Assembly: GCF_006345805.1 (NCBI RefSeq)
Contig: NC_043011.1
Coordinates: 27,416,464-27,480,463, forward strand
Length of the DNA stretch: 64,000 nucleotides
DNA from: Octopus sinensis
Taxonomy: Eukaryota
Reading direction: 5' to 3'
The first letter of the stretch is position 1, and every line of letters starts with the position of its first letter. The notes under the pieces are model-generated. The model made no database searches and had not been told where the DNA came from. It worked only from the letters and a program-made list of their open reading frames with translations. Shown here in pieces: positions 23,346-36,009 of this stretch. Made by a program: the position numbers and the translations under genes.

Positions 23346-25820
23346 TCCTCTCCTCAAAATTGCTGGCTCTGTTATTGCTTTCTTTCTGGATCTTTCTGTC
23401 GTTATATATTTTCTCTTTTATCTTCTTTACATTACCATTTTTACCTCTCTCTCCCTTCTCTCTTTTTGCTACATAGGTTTCCCTTTTCTCTCTCTGCCAT
23501 TCATAAATGATCAACGCTGCTTTCTCTTCTTTGCTTCATTTTCTGTATCCTTCTGGAAATTTGTCACAAGCTTCATAGGAACTTTGATTAATGCAGAGTT
23601 GCTATTGACTAAGATGCTCCAGTTGATTCATATTAATTTCAGTTAAATTGTGAAATTAAATTAGTGCCATGAGTAAATGTAATCTTTTCTACTAGAAATT
23701 TGTTACAAAGGCTGTTTCTCTGAATAACACATGCGCAAATCGTGACCTGGTTCACAAATAAGATTCACTTTAATGATGTTATTTCTATCACATCTGCAGT
23801 GTTTCCGAATCCATTCAGTGAGAATGAAATGTTATAAACCAGGTGGTTTCCTTAATATGAAGTATCTCTGCATGGGAAAATAATAAATTCACCTGATGGT
23901 TTAAAGGAAGCTAGCGCTGCAGTGCCTGCTCTCGGGAAGGAAAACAGACGCGATGAATTGACGCTATTTTAGAAAGGATAATATATAAGGAACGATGATG
24001 CATTTCTTCGTCATTTCCATTCAGGAAGATACCACAGGATCCAACAATCATTAATTATTTGGTAAATGGTAGACGTGTTTATTTTGCTGTAACAACAGCT
24101 ATAAAAATAAACTAAATCGAATATACGTAGCACTTACAAACTTTTTGAAGCAGCGCACATGAATCTTAACAGCAACGTCGCTGTACGACTAGGCTTCATC
24201 CTGTTATACATAAGGGTTAGGATACAATTTCATTCTGTTATTCATTTACCAGGACATGAGGTTTTTGCCTTATCAATAAATTCTCAAGTTAAGCATTGCT
24301 GGAGTACATCTTCAATAATACAACTCTGTTAATAGACAATTTTATGTAGTTGGATAAGATAACAAGTGGAAGCACACAGAATCTATTTTATACGTCTGCT
24401 GGTAAGGCGTAAAGTATTGTATTTCCTGAGATGCATCTCGGGAAATATAATACTTTACTGAATTGACAAGGAATATGATAGGTTGAGATCTAACCTCGTG
24501 TAAGCGGGTGGCTTATCTCTTCTTTGTTACTGCATGCATTGCAGGTGAAATATTTGTATGTGTAGGCTGTTCTTGGTTACTGATATCTGCACGATGTAAG
24601 AATTATTGTGTTTCATCGAGTAGATTACATCCTGTCATTACTAGTGCTACTCATACGTTAAAATTCTTTAAGAAATAAATTATACCAAGAAGATAGTAAA
24701 CGTTTTCATATTTCACAAATTTTTCAGGTAAGTAAATATTATCACAGTTATATAAGGCTTTGTTTTTCTTTAATATGCTTGACTTAAATCTGTACCATTC
24801 GCGAAATAAAATTATGGAATAAAAATGTGCAGTGTCTGTGTATAGGTCAGTAGAGGGTATTAGACTCCAGACAGCTACACATACATTAGATAATAATTTT
24901 ATCTCACACTATAATGTTTTCTTAAATCAAATATGCTTTCATACATTTCGCTACTTTTCTGATAATTTGGTATTTTATGGCTGTATGTTTGTATGTATAT
25001 AGACAAATGTAATTATACATACATACATTAATACACATTCACACACATACAAACGCATGATATATATTTGTATATATATATATATATATATATGTGTATT
25101 TATACATATACATGCATTCCTATGCATACATAGACAACACAAATATTTACATTACATCATCCAAATTTACTCGCAATTTTTGCTGTCTCAAGACAATGTC
25201 TTAACAATTTCCATCTCTAATATGTCTATACACATATTACACAATAATAGATTTGTCGGGAAACAAAAGCAATCCATTTCTCCAGAAGAATATTTTCTAT
25301 CCAGCTTCGCAATTCTCTTCAAGTGTTATTTTTCTATGAAGCGACAATTACATGCAATAAATAATTCATATAAAACATGGATAGTAATATATTTAGCTAT
25401 GTTTTAGAAATATTTTATGTTTTTTTGTTTAATATATATCTATTATGATCGGCAATTTTTGTTTTGTGCGCTATGTATTTTTTTTTATTTATTTGATATA
25501 CTGCATGTATATGTGTGTGTGTCTGTGTGTGCACGCGCATGTTTGTGTGTGCATAATATACTCATATACCTATGTACGTATATGTATGCACACACAATCT
25601 CACATATATACATATATATATATATATATTTGTATGTATGTATGTATATATAATATATATTCTATGTATGTATATATATATATATATTTGTATGTATGTA
25701 TATATATATATATATATATACATATATATGTATAAGGGTGAAAAGGAACACACGAGTTGATATATATGAAAAAACAAGTAAAAAATAGAAAATGCTAAAA
25801 TAATTTTATAGTGAACATTT

Positions 25821-25858
25821 CAGTACCGGTTTCGGTCATTTTGAGACCTTTTCAACTG
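25821..25858 (-). ncRNA. minimal type I hammerhead, U3-A8 core variant
   Basis: Minus: CAG-TTGAAAA-GGTC-tcaaaat-GACC-GAA-ACCGGT-A-CTG. Confidence 0.65.
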
Positions 25859-26887
25859 TAACGATTAAATAATAAATTTAGAAAAATTAGAAGAAAAGTT
25901 TTTTTAAAAGAATATTTCTATAGTAGTGTTCAGATTTAAGTGGCATTCTGCCTTTCTCTGACTCCCTTGTTTGCACTTGTGTGTTCGAGGTAGTTGTGAG
26001 TTCTTGGTAGGGTAGTAGAGGGAAGGCTGGTGAGGAAAGGTGGGGTGGGAGAATCTGGGAGTGCCCTGATGGTCGTATTTTGAATGGTCAGTGGCGGCTG
26101 GCAGTCTCAGTTCAATTCAGGAGAATATTTATATTGACAGGTTGTTTATAGAATTAGCGTAGGTGTTATACTAAAAAACATTAGTGACAAACTTAAGGGG
26201 TAGGGGTGGAGAAGAAGAAGAAGAAGAAGAGAAGGAAAAGGAGAAGGAGAAGATGATGGTGATGGTGGTGATGATGATGATAACGATGATGATGAAGAAG
26301 AAGAAGAAGAAGAAGGAGGAGAAGGAGAAGATGGTGGTGATGATGGTGGCGATGATGATGACGCCGATGATCATCATCGGCGTCATCATCATCGCCACCA
26401 TCATCACACCATCTTCTCCTTCTCCTCCTTCTTCTTCTTCTTCTTCTTCATCATCATCGTTATCATCATCATCACCACCATCACCATCATCTTCTCCTTC
26501 TCCTTTTCCTTCTTCTTCTTCTTCTTCTTCTTCTCCACCCCTACCCCTTAAGTTTGTCACTAATGTTTTTTAGTATAACACCTACGCTAATTCTATAAAC
26601 AAGCCTGTCAATATAAATATTCTCCTGAATTGAACTGAGACTGCCAGCCGCCACTGACCATTCAAAATACGACCATCAGGGCACTCCCAGATTCTCCCAC
26701 CCCACCTTTCCTCACCAGCCTTCCCTCTACTACCCTACCAAGAACTCACAACTACCTCGAACACACAAGTGCAAACAAGGGAGTCAGAGAAAGGCAGAAT
26801 GCCACTTAAATCTGAACACTACTATAGAAATATTCTTTTAAAAACACTTTTCTTCTAATTTTTCTAAATTTAATTATTTAATCGTTA

Positions 26888-26925
26888 CAGTTGAAAAGGT
26901 CTCAAAATGACCGAAACCGGTACTG
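26888..26925 (+). ncRNA. minimal type I hammerhead, U3-A8 core variant
   Basis: CAG-TTGAAAA-GGTC-tcaaaat-GACC-GAA-ACCGGT-A-CTG. Confidence 0.65.
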
Positions 26926-27984
26926 AAATGTTCACTATAAAATTATTTTAGCATTTTCTATTTTTTACTTGTTTTTTCATATACATATATATAATATATA
27001 TATATATATATTTGTATGTATGTATGTATATATATATATATTTCTATGTATGTATATATATATATATATTTGTATGTATGTATATATATATATATATATA
27101 ATATATATATATATTTGTATGTATATATGTATATATATTTGTATATATATATATGTATATATATTTGTATGTATATATATATATATTTGTATGTATATAT
27201 ATATGTTTATAAATATACATATATATATATGGGTGTGTGGGCATGTACACATTCACAAACATATATGAACATATGCATGTATTTATTGCCTCGTTATTAT
27301 TGCAGACAACAAAGACCACTAAAATATTAACTAATTATTTTATAACAATGGATTAGACGTTTATCTTCGAAGAGGTTTTATATGGAATCGCGGTTATTTT
27401 TTCCTCTCTAATAGCGTCTTCGTATTTACCGACACATATATCTTCCGTAGCAAATATTCTGCAATAAACGTTTATTTTTGTTGCGTAAACCATTTATGTT
27501 ATAATTATCCGATTCTTATCTGTTTGCCTTCGATAAAATAAGTAGCAATTTAGGAATGGGGTCCATGTAAACGACTTAGCTCCTTCCCCAAAAGTAATCT
27601 TTATTATTAACGCATTTAGAGATGACAAACTGGAACATCATTAAAAGGGCCGAACAAAATGCTTAGCAGGCATTTGTTCTGGCCTTTTACGTTCTGAGGT
27701 CACCTTTGCAAATAGGCATTATTTTTCAATAGACCATGCACGAAAGATTTCAACACTTGAGACTCTTCTTCTTCTTTGTCTATTTTGCGTTATTTCGTCC
27801 GTCGCTACGTCCCAAGTTCAAGACACCCAATGTCCTGGGTGAGTGAAGGATGAGATGTTACAGTATGACTGAAAGCTTGGTGAGGGGAAGTAGCGAAATA
27901 TCTTCATGAAATACAACACAGACATTTAAATGGTGAGGGTCTTCTTCTTCTTCTTCTTCTTCTTCTTTTTCTTCTTCTTATAAA

Positions 27985-29252
27985 CTTTGATAATTGGTTG
28001 TTAATTATCGTGGAAGGCATTAAACAACCAAGAACCAATCTCAAAATCCTAGCTATCTCCAGAAGAGCAGCTTTTGGGGGCTTGCTCTGCTCTCATATCA
28101 ATTTCGATTTCTCTGACTGACTTCTCAAACTGTGTAAGTACTCCGAGTGTCCCTACAACTACTGGGATGACAGACACTCTCCTCATAGTTCACATTCTTG
28201 CAATTTCGTCTTTTCGTAGTCTACTTTTCAGCCTTTTCCAGATCTTTGTTACATATGCGTGCATCCCCAGGTATTGCAATATTTATAATCTTGGTCTCCT
28301 TTTGCCTTTATCTATCACAACAATATCTGTTCTCCGAGCATCGATTAGGGAGTCCCATCGGATTGTAAAATCCCACTGTATCTTATATTCCTTGTTCTCA
28401 TCGACTCCTTCTGGTTCATGTTCGTACCATTTCCGTGTTCTGTTCAGGCCGTACATTTCACATAGCCTCCAGTGGACAAACGTAGCCACGTTATCATGCC
28501 TCCTTTTGTAGTGCTTTTGGGCCTGTTTATTACACTCACTCACAATATGTGAGATTGTTTCGTTTTTGCTGCCACACATCTTACAAGGGGGCGATTCTCT
28601 GCCTTTAACTATTTGGAACCTGGTGTAATTAGTTCTCAAAGCTTGGTCCTTGGCATATCAATGCCACAAGGCATCCTTTCAGATCACTTTTTCTTAGCGA
28701 TCTCCAAGTGTTGGACTTGTCTTTTCCTTCGATTTCTCTGAGTTATTGCCCATGCAGTGATTTTATTTTCCAATTGTTTATACTTTCTTCTTCATCTTGC
28801 TTCTTAGATGTTTGTAGGTGCATCACATTTTCGGTAGGTATTATATTGTTAATTTTAACAGCGGTAAGCAATGATTCACTCTGCTGTTTGATGTACCACC
28901 CCATACTGTTCTTCTCATTGACAACATTGATTTTACATCTCTTCCTCCCCTGTTCTTAGGCTCATACAGCCTGTCAGTATCGCTTTTGGGGTGTTGTCCC
29001 TTGTTAATTGTCATCACTTTTTTTGTTTTCCTGTCCATTTCCTCAAGCTTGTTCTCTGTCTACCGAACAACACCCGCATCATATCGCATTAAAGAAACAG
29101 CCTGTATGTTCGTTGCCCTGATCTTGTTTTTTTCCATGGAGCTTGCTTCCCATAATTAATTTGGTTCTTCTAAGATATTCTCGCTTAAAACTTTCCTTCA
29201 TTTCACTTTCTTTGATTTTGTCATATTCCAAAATACTCAGATACTTATATCC
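27985..29252 (-). mobile_element. R4/Dong-like LINE 3' fragment (restriction-like endonuclease), disrupted
   Basis: MDRKTKKVMT..HPKSDTDRLY..RGGR; CKMCGSKNETISHIVSEC; RRHDNVA; WDF..RRTDIVVID; terminal QKAALLEIARILRLVL. Confidence 0.85.
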
Positions 29253-29297
29253 ATTATTATTATTATTAGTATTATAATAATAATAATAATAATAATA

Positions 29298-29337
<40 letters not shown>

Positions 29338-29999
29338 TATTATTATTACTGTTATTCGTACTGGAATTATGTGTCTTCTTACTCGTAATGTTTGCCTTTT
29401 AACTTTTTCTCCTAAAGTTTTTAGTGTTTATTTTATTACAAAACACTTGTAAAATCAACCGCCATTGCATAGGTTTAGTTCCTCTGTTTGTTTTGACAGA
29501 GTAAGCTCTATAGATTATCATTCTTACTTTGGTTTTCTGTAAGACCTTTTGGGGAGGGGACACATTTACGTCGTTCCCTCTCTACGAAGCATATTCTTGT
29601 ATTTACCAAGTTCCTTCACATCAATTTCTTTGTGGCTTTTGGCCACGGCCACAGAATTCATTTTTTATTTAGTTTTTGTCTATCACAGAAATTTGTTTTC
29701 AGCAATTCTTCCTCAGATTGTCGTACTCCATTTTTTAACACTGTACTACCCACCTCGAACAAGGGGATACACACCAATAAAACTGCCCAGTATTGTTCAA
29801 TACAAAACAAGAAGAATAAACAGCAAATCAACAATTAATTTAACAATGACTTACTACAAATACGCCTTTAACACAAAGTGGAACTAGCACAAACTATGGA
29901 ACTACTTCACTTACTCAGACCGCTACTGTTTATATGTAGTGGTCCAGACGATTCTCGCCAGGGGGCGTCGTACTCTCGCACAACAGAGTCAATATCCGA

Positions 30000-30250
30000 C
30001 GTTCAGCATATATGGAGCACCACACACTTTGCGGGTATTTAAGTGTTCTTCAAGACTGAAGATCTGGTCGCGGAACACTCCACAATCCTTGTCACAGCGA
30101 AAAGTGATGTAGTCTACCCATCGTATACAGGAAGGAGGGCGGTGAGTATAAAGATATCAGGAATTCCACCGGAGTTAAATGTATGCTGTATTTTAGCGTG
30201 TAACGTTTTGGAAGGGAGTAACAGCCTCTTGGGAAGTGAAACTGAATCGT
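30000..30250 (+). pseudogene. Tx1-like LINE ORF1 internal fragment
   Basis: VFFKTEDLVAEHST..YPSYTGRRAVSIKISGIPPE pattern; by-eye assignment. Confidence 0.45.
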
Positions 30251-30675
30251 CGTAAAAATTAGTCTGGGATCAACGTTGTCGTCATCATCATTATCATCAT
30301 CCTCATTATCAGCAACAACATCATGATCCTCATCATCTTTTATACTTATCAAAAAAAAAAAAAGATGGTATAGTAAAGAAGAAAATTGCATTCACAACAT
30401 TATATTGAATGTCTTCTGTCGTTATAGAGTCAACAATGAAAAGTGAAAACAGATAGGAAAACCACGATAATATTGCAGCTTTATAAACAAGGAACGTAAC
30501 AACGCCTGAGGATAATGTGTGGAAGATAGAGGTGGCATCTTTTGATATGTTGTTCAGAAGTTTGTTTGGCCATCACATAGTTTCCAGTTCTGTCCTAAAT
30601 ATATTTTACTGTAGCCCCTTGTCGACCAATGACTTGTGAGTAAACTTGATCGATTGAAACAGTACAGTAGCCCGC

Positions 30676-30677
<2 letters not shown>

Positions 30678-30713
<36 letters not shown>

Positions 30714-31173
30714 CATGTGTTTTGTGGATATAAATGTATGGATATATGTATGTGTGTGTGTGTGTGTGTATGCATGTGTTTTGTGGATATAAATGTATGG
30801 ATATATGTATGTGTGTGTGTGTACGCATGTGTTTTGTGGATATAAATGTATGGATATATGTATGTATGTGTGTGTGTGTACGCATGTGTTTTGTGGATAT
30901 AAATGTATGGATATATGTATGTGTGTGTGTGTGTATGTGTGTGTGTGTACGCATGTGTTTTGTGGATATAAATGTATGGATATATGTATGTGCGTGTGTG
31001 TGTGTGTGTGTGTACGCATGTGTTTTGTGGATATAAATGTATGGATATATGTATGTGTGTGTGTGTGTGTGTGTGTACGCATGTGTTTTGTGGATATAAA
31101 TGTATGGATATATGTATGTGTGTGTGTGTGTGTGTGTACGGATGTGTTTTGTGGATATAAATGTATGGATATA

Positions 31174-31204
<31 letters not shown>

Positions 31205-31354
31205 ACGCATGTATTTTGTGGATATAAATGTATGGATATATGTATGTGTGTGTGTGTGTGTGTGTGTACGCATGTGTTTTGTGGATATAAATGTATGGAT
31301 ATATGTATGTGTGTGTGTACGCATGTGTTTTGTGGATATAAATGTATGGATATA

Positions 31355-31396
<42 letters not shown>

Positions 31397-31604
31397 CATG
31401 TGTTTTGTGGATATAAATGTATGGATATATGTATGTGCGTGTGTGTGTGTGTGTGTACGCATGTGTTTTGTGGATATAAATGTATGGATATATGTATGTG
31501 TGTGTGTGTGTACGCATGTGTTTTGTGGATATAAATGTATGGATATATGTATGTATGTGTGTGTGTGTACGCATGTGTTTTGTGGATATAAATGTATGGA
31601 TATA

Positions 31605-31635
<31 letters not shown>

Positions 31636-31800
31636 ACGCATGTGTTTTGTGGATATAAATGTATGGATATATGTATGTGTGTGTGTGTGTGTACGCATGT
31701 GTTTTGTGGATATAAATGTATGGATATATGTATGTGTGTGTGTGTACGCATGTGTTTTGTGGATATAAATGTATTGATATATGTATGTGTGTGTGTGTAT
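30678..31800. repeat. compound minisatellite: ~41 bp core plus variable (GT)n, 18 copies
   Basis: ACGCATGTGTTTTGTGGATATAAATGTATGGATATATGTAT repeated with (GT)n spacers of variable length. Confidence 0.95.
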
Positions 31801-31926
31801 TCGTGCTTTTGTTTGTCTCTCATAGCTTGACAATTGGTCCTGGATTGTTTACGTCGTTGTAACTTAGCATTTCCGTTTATGTAACCCATAGAACGCGTAA
31901 TCTAATGATTGAAACACGTAAAGGCT

Positions 31927-31977
<51 letters not shown>

Positions 31978-32107
31978 TCGTTTAGAGTACTACTGGTAAC
32001 TTGAGTACAGCCTGTTACTTGGTTGGGTCATACTTAAACGTATTTCTTTACTGCCCACAAGGGGCTGGCACACCTACCAGATTAGCTTATGGGTGACAGA
32101 TACGATA

Positions 32108-32175
32108 GTTACCGGTTTAGTCGCCGATGGCCAGATCATGCGACTGGTCAAGCCATCGGTGACTAAACCGGTAAC
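32108..32175. other. GC-rich 68 nt hairpin
   Basis: gttaccggtttagtcgccgatggc / gccatcggtgactaaaccggtaac, 24 bp stem with one G.U. Confidence 0.85.
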
Positions 32176-32516
32176 CCTACACAGCCTGTTTTTCCGTTTT
32201 ACACCGTTTGCTTGAACATCGTATACGCGGTTTCTTTTTCATTTGGATCTCAGATTGTTTTTCTTTCTGTTTATATACTGTTCCATTTGTCGAATGATGA
32301 CTTTCTGCATTTTATCTGAATTTTGCTAATTTTGTCCACGGAGCACCACCGCAAATTCGGGAGATTTAATATTTTAATGACTCTGAAAAGATTTCAATTT
32401 CGTACAACGTATGGAAAAACTTTCATGGGAAATAGCGAGATAGTTTCATGAGAAACAGCAGACGTAAAAATATACATACGCACACGCACGTACACATACA
32501 CACGCACACACACACA

Positions 32517-32552
<36 letters not shown>

Positions 32553-32555
<3 letters not shown>

Positions 32556-32802
32556 TCTTTTACTCTTTTACTCTTTTGCTTGTTTCAGTCAGTTGACTGC
32601 GGCCATGCTGGAGCACCGCCTTTAGTCGAGCAACTCGACCCCGGGACTTATTCTTTGCAAGCCCAGTACTTATTCTATCGGTTTCTTTTGCCGAACCGCT
32701 AAGTGACGGAGACATAAACACACCAGCATCGGTTGTCAAGCAATGCTAGGGGGACAAACACAGACACACAAACATACACGCAAACACACACACACACAAC
32801 AC

Positions 32803-32839
<37 letters not shown>

Positions 32840-33004
32840 GACGGGCTTCTTTCAGTTTCTGTCTAGCAAATCCACTCACAAGGCTTTGGTCGGCCCGAGG
32901 CTATAGTAGAAGACACTTGCCCAAAGTGCCACGCAGTGGGACTGAACTCGGAACCATGTGGTTGGTAAGCAAGCTACTTACCACACAGCCACTCCTGCGC
33001 CTAT
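32553..33004 (-). mobile_element. SINE, family 1
   Basis: Full-length, highly similar to 906-1326. Confidence 0.85.
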
Positions 33005-33244
33005 GTATATATATACAACTGTGATGTTGTTGGTAAAACATGTTCTTTGTCTCCTTATCCTCTTGGAGATTTTGGATAAAATTATACTAAAGAGTACTTC
33101 GAATTTAATTAAATTCTATATTTTTGTGCAGCTGAACATGGCTCTGCATTTTAAATTGGTGTAATGTTTGCATTTTTCAATTAAATGGAGTCGCATGAAA
33201 CGATCGTACTGCATTACCTCTGGATATCATTGTTGCTTATATAT

Positions 33245-33278
<34 letters not shown>

Positions 33279-33494
33279 TAGTCAATTTAGGGTAGCAAAA
33301 AATTCAATAGAATTTATCGCAACCAGCGGCCTGGTGGAAAAGAGAAAATAGTCATCGACTAAATATATAAACATAACAATTTAGGAGTGACCCCAACAGG
33401 TCACTCGTCCACCAGAAAGAGCAGCCATAACTCACACCGCCAAGTATTAGTAATAAAGAATTAGGTGAAAATTTAAAAACATTACCCTAATTCA

Positions 33495-33596
33495 TCTTTT
33501 AGACGTTGCAACGTTTCTGTGTCATTAATGATTAAATTAGCTTAATTAAATTAAATTAAGCCAATCTACCATAGGTTACACTTCATCAGTAAAAGA
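33495..33596 (-). ncRNA. type I hammerhead ribozyme
   Basis: Reverse complement of the 34066 motif. Confidence 0.8.
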
Positions 33597-34065
33597 CCTG
33601 GGAGAGACAAATATACACGAGGCGTCTGTGTCGATGCATACGGGATATCTGATTAAAATTTTCAAGACTGACGTATTCGCGCCAAACTTATCAACAGTAA
33701 ATATAAATGCCGATTCAATCTCAGAATTATTCAGAAAATTATCAATTAGTCATTTAGGGTAGCAAAAAATTCAATAGAAATTTATCGCAACCAGCGGCCT
33801 GGTGGAAAAGAGAAAATAGTCATCGACTAAATATATAAACATAACAATTTAGGAGTGACCCCAACAGGTCACTCGTCAATTCTATTGAATTTTTTTGCTA
33901 CCCTAAATTGACTAATTGATAATTTTCTGAATAATTCTGAGATTGAATCGGCAGTTTATATTTACTGTTGATAAGTTTGGCGCGAATACGTCAGTCTTGA
34001 AAATTTTAAGTCAGATATCCCGTAGGCAACGACACAGACGCCTCGTGTATATTGTCTCTCCCAGG

Positions 34066-34167
34066 TCTTTTACTGATGAAGTGTAACCTATGGTAGATTG
34101 GCTTAATTTAATTTAATTAAGCTAATTTAATCAGTAATGACACAGAAACGTTGCAACGTCTAAAAGA
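34066..34167 (+). ncRNA. type I hammerhead ribozyme
   Basis: TCTTTTA-CTGATGA-AGTGT..ACACA-GAA-ACGTTGCAACGT-C-TAAAAGA; 7 bp stem I, 12 nt palindromic stem III. Confidence 0.85.
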
Positions 34168-34538
34168 TGAATTAGGGTAAATGTTTTTAAATTTTCACCT
34201 AATTTCTTTATTACTAATACTTGGCGGTGTGAGTTATGGCTGCTCTTTCTGGTGGACGAGTGACCTGTTGGGGTCACTCCTAAATTGTTATGTTTATATA
34301 TTAGTCGATGACTATTTTCTCTTTTCCACCAGGCCGCTGGTTGCGATAAATTTCTATTGATTTTTTTGCTACCTAAATTGACTAATTGATAATTTTCTGA
34401 ATAATTCTGAGATTGAATCGGCAGTTTATATTTACTGTTGATAAGTTTGGCGCGAATACGTCAGTCTTGAAAATTTTAAGTCAGATATCCCGTATGCATC
34501 GACACACAGACGCCTCGTGTATATTTGTCTCTCCCAGG

Positions 34539-34639
34539 TCTTTTACTGATGAAGTGTAACCTATGGTAGATTGGCTTAATTAATTTAATTAAGCTAATTT
34601 AATCATTAATGACACAGAAACGTTGCAACGTCTAAAAGA
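34539..34639 (+). ncRNA. type I hammerhead ribozyme
   Basis: Second direct copy, core intact. Confidence 0.85.
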
Positions 34640-35011
34640 TGAATTAGGGTAAATGTTTTTAAATTTTCACCTAATTTCTTTATTACTAATACTTGGCGGT
34701 GTGAGTTATGGCTGCTCTTTCTGGTGGACGAGTGACCTGTTGGGGTCACTCCTAAATTGTTATGTTTATATATTTAGTCGATGACTATTTTCTCTTTTCC
34801 ACCAGGCCGCTGGTTGCGATAAATTTCTATTGAATTTTTTTGCTACCCTAAATTGACTAATTGATAATTTTCTGAATAATTCTGAGATTGAATCGGCAGT
34901 TTATATTTACTGTTGATAAGTTTGGCGCGAATACGTCAGTCTTGAAAATTTTAAGTCAGATATCCCGTAGGCATCGACACAGACGCCTCGTGTATATTTG
35001 TCTCTCCCAGG

Positions 35012-35113
35012 TCTTTTACTGATGAAGTGTAACCTATGGTAGATTGGCTTAATTTAATTTAATTAAGCTAATTTAATCATTAATGACACAGAAACGTTGC
35101 AACGTCTAAAAGA
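35012..35113 (+). ncRNA. type I hammerhead ribozyme
   Basis: Third direct copy, core intact. Confidence 0.85.
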
Positions 35114-35254
35114 TGAATTAGGGTAAATGTTTTTAAATTTTCACCTAATTTCTTTATTACTAATACTTGGCGGTGTGAGTTATGGCTGCTCTTTCTGGTG
35201 GACGAGTGACCTGTTGGGGTCACTCCTAAATTGTTATATATATATATATATATG

Positions 35255-35291
<37 letters not shown>

Positions 35292-35712
35292 TGTAGACAT
35301 GTGCCATATAAATATACAAAGATATAATATATACACACATTCAAATATACAAACATGGTAGTTAGTGTGTATAAGCATATATACTGACAATAAATCATTA
35401 ATGTGAGAGGTGTGGCGCCATGTAAATTCTTTGTTAAATCTAACTACTTGACATCATATCACAGAAGATATCTTCTAAGTTAATGACAAATATGTACATA
35501 TGGCCAAGTAAACATTAACAATATCAACAAAAACTTCTAGTGCAAACAATATTGTGATTAATATATCGGCTTTTCTTGATTACAGTGTGATAATTAAAGT
35601 TTTAGATTGTCAATTTAATACTATGAGACAATATATTTATAATCGTACTGTTATCAACAGCCCGCACAAATCTATGAAATTTGTGGAGAAGAGGTATCTC
35701 ATTAAATCCCTA

Positions 35713-35821
<109 letters not shown>

Positions 35822-35835
35822 TTATTATTAGTATT

Positions 35836-35990
35836 GAGGTGGCAAGCTGGCAGAGCTGTTAGCACGCCGGGCGAAATTCTTAGCTGTATTTCGTCTGCCA
35901 TTACGTTCTGAGTTCAAATTCCGCCGAAGTCGACTTTGCCTTTCATCCTTTCGGTGTCGATAAATTAAGTACCAGTTACGCACTGGTACT
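35836..35990 (+). mobile_element. tRNA-derived SINE, family 2 (3' truncated)
   Basis: ggtggcaagctggcagagctgttagcacg..ttctgagttcaaattccgccgaagtcgactttgcctttcatcctttcgg, following (TAT)n. Confidence 0.8.
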
Positions 35991-36009
35991 TAATTAAGTA
36001 AAACCCGGA

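Larger units (their letters stand above)
25725..26982. repeat. ~1.2 kb near-perfect palindrome with hammerheads near both outer ends
   Basis: 25763-26371 mirrors 26373-26982 (centre gccgatgat-c-atcatcggc); GAA/GAT triplet-rich core. Confidence 0.95.
33279..35236. repeat. HHR-bearing tandem array, ~473 bp unit: ~1.25 units inverted then ~2.9 units direct
   Basis: Orientation switch at ~33877; ttctattga recurs at ~33880, ~34352 and ~34826; flanked by (TA)n. Confidence 0.92.

Noticed and set aside
26171-26573. Two mirror 129-aa ORFs (poly-E/D/K/S) inside the palindrome
   Set aside because: They are translated GAA/GAT triplet repeats read on both arms; no domain content.
30678-31800. CRISPR-like repeat-spacer appearance
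   Set aside because: Spacers are only (GT)n, there are no cas genes, and the context is eukaryotic.
30554-31889. 300-430 aa His/Thr/Tyr-rich ORFs
   Set aside because: Artefacts of the stop-free minisatellite.
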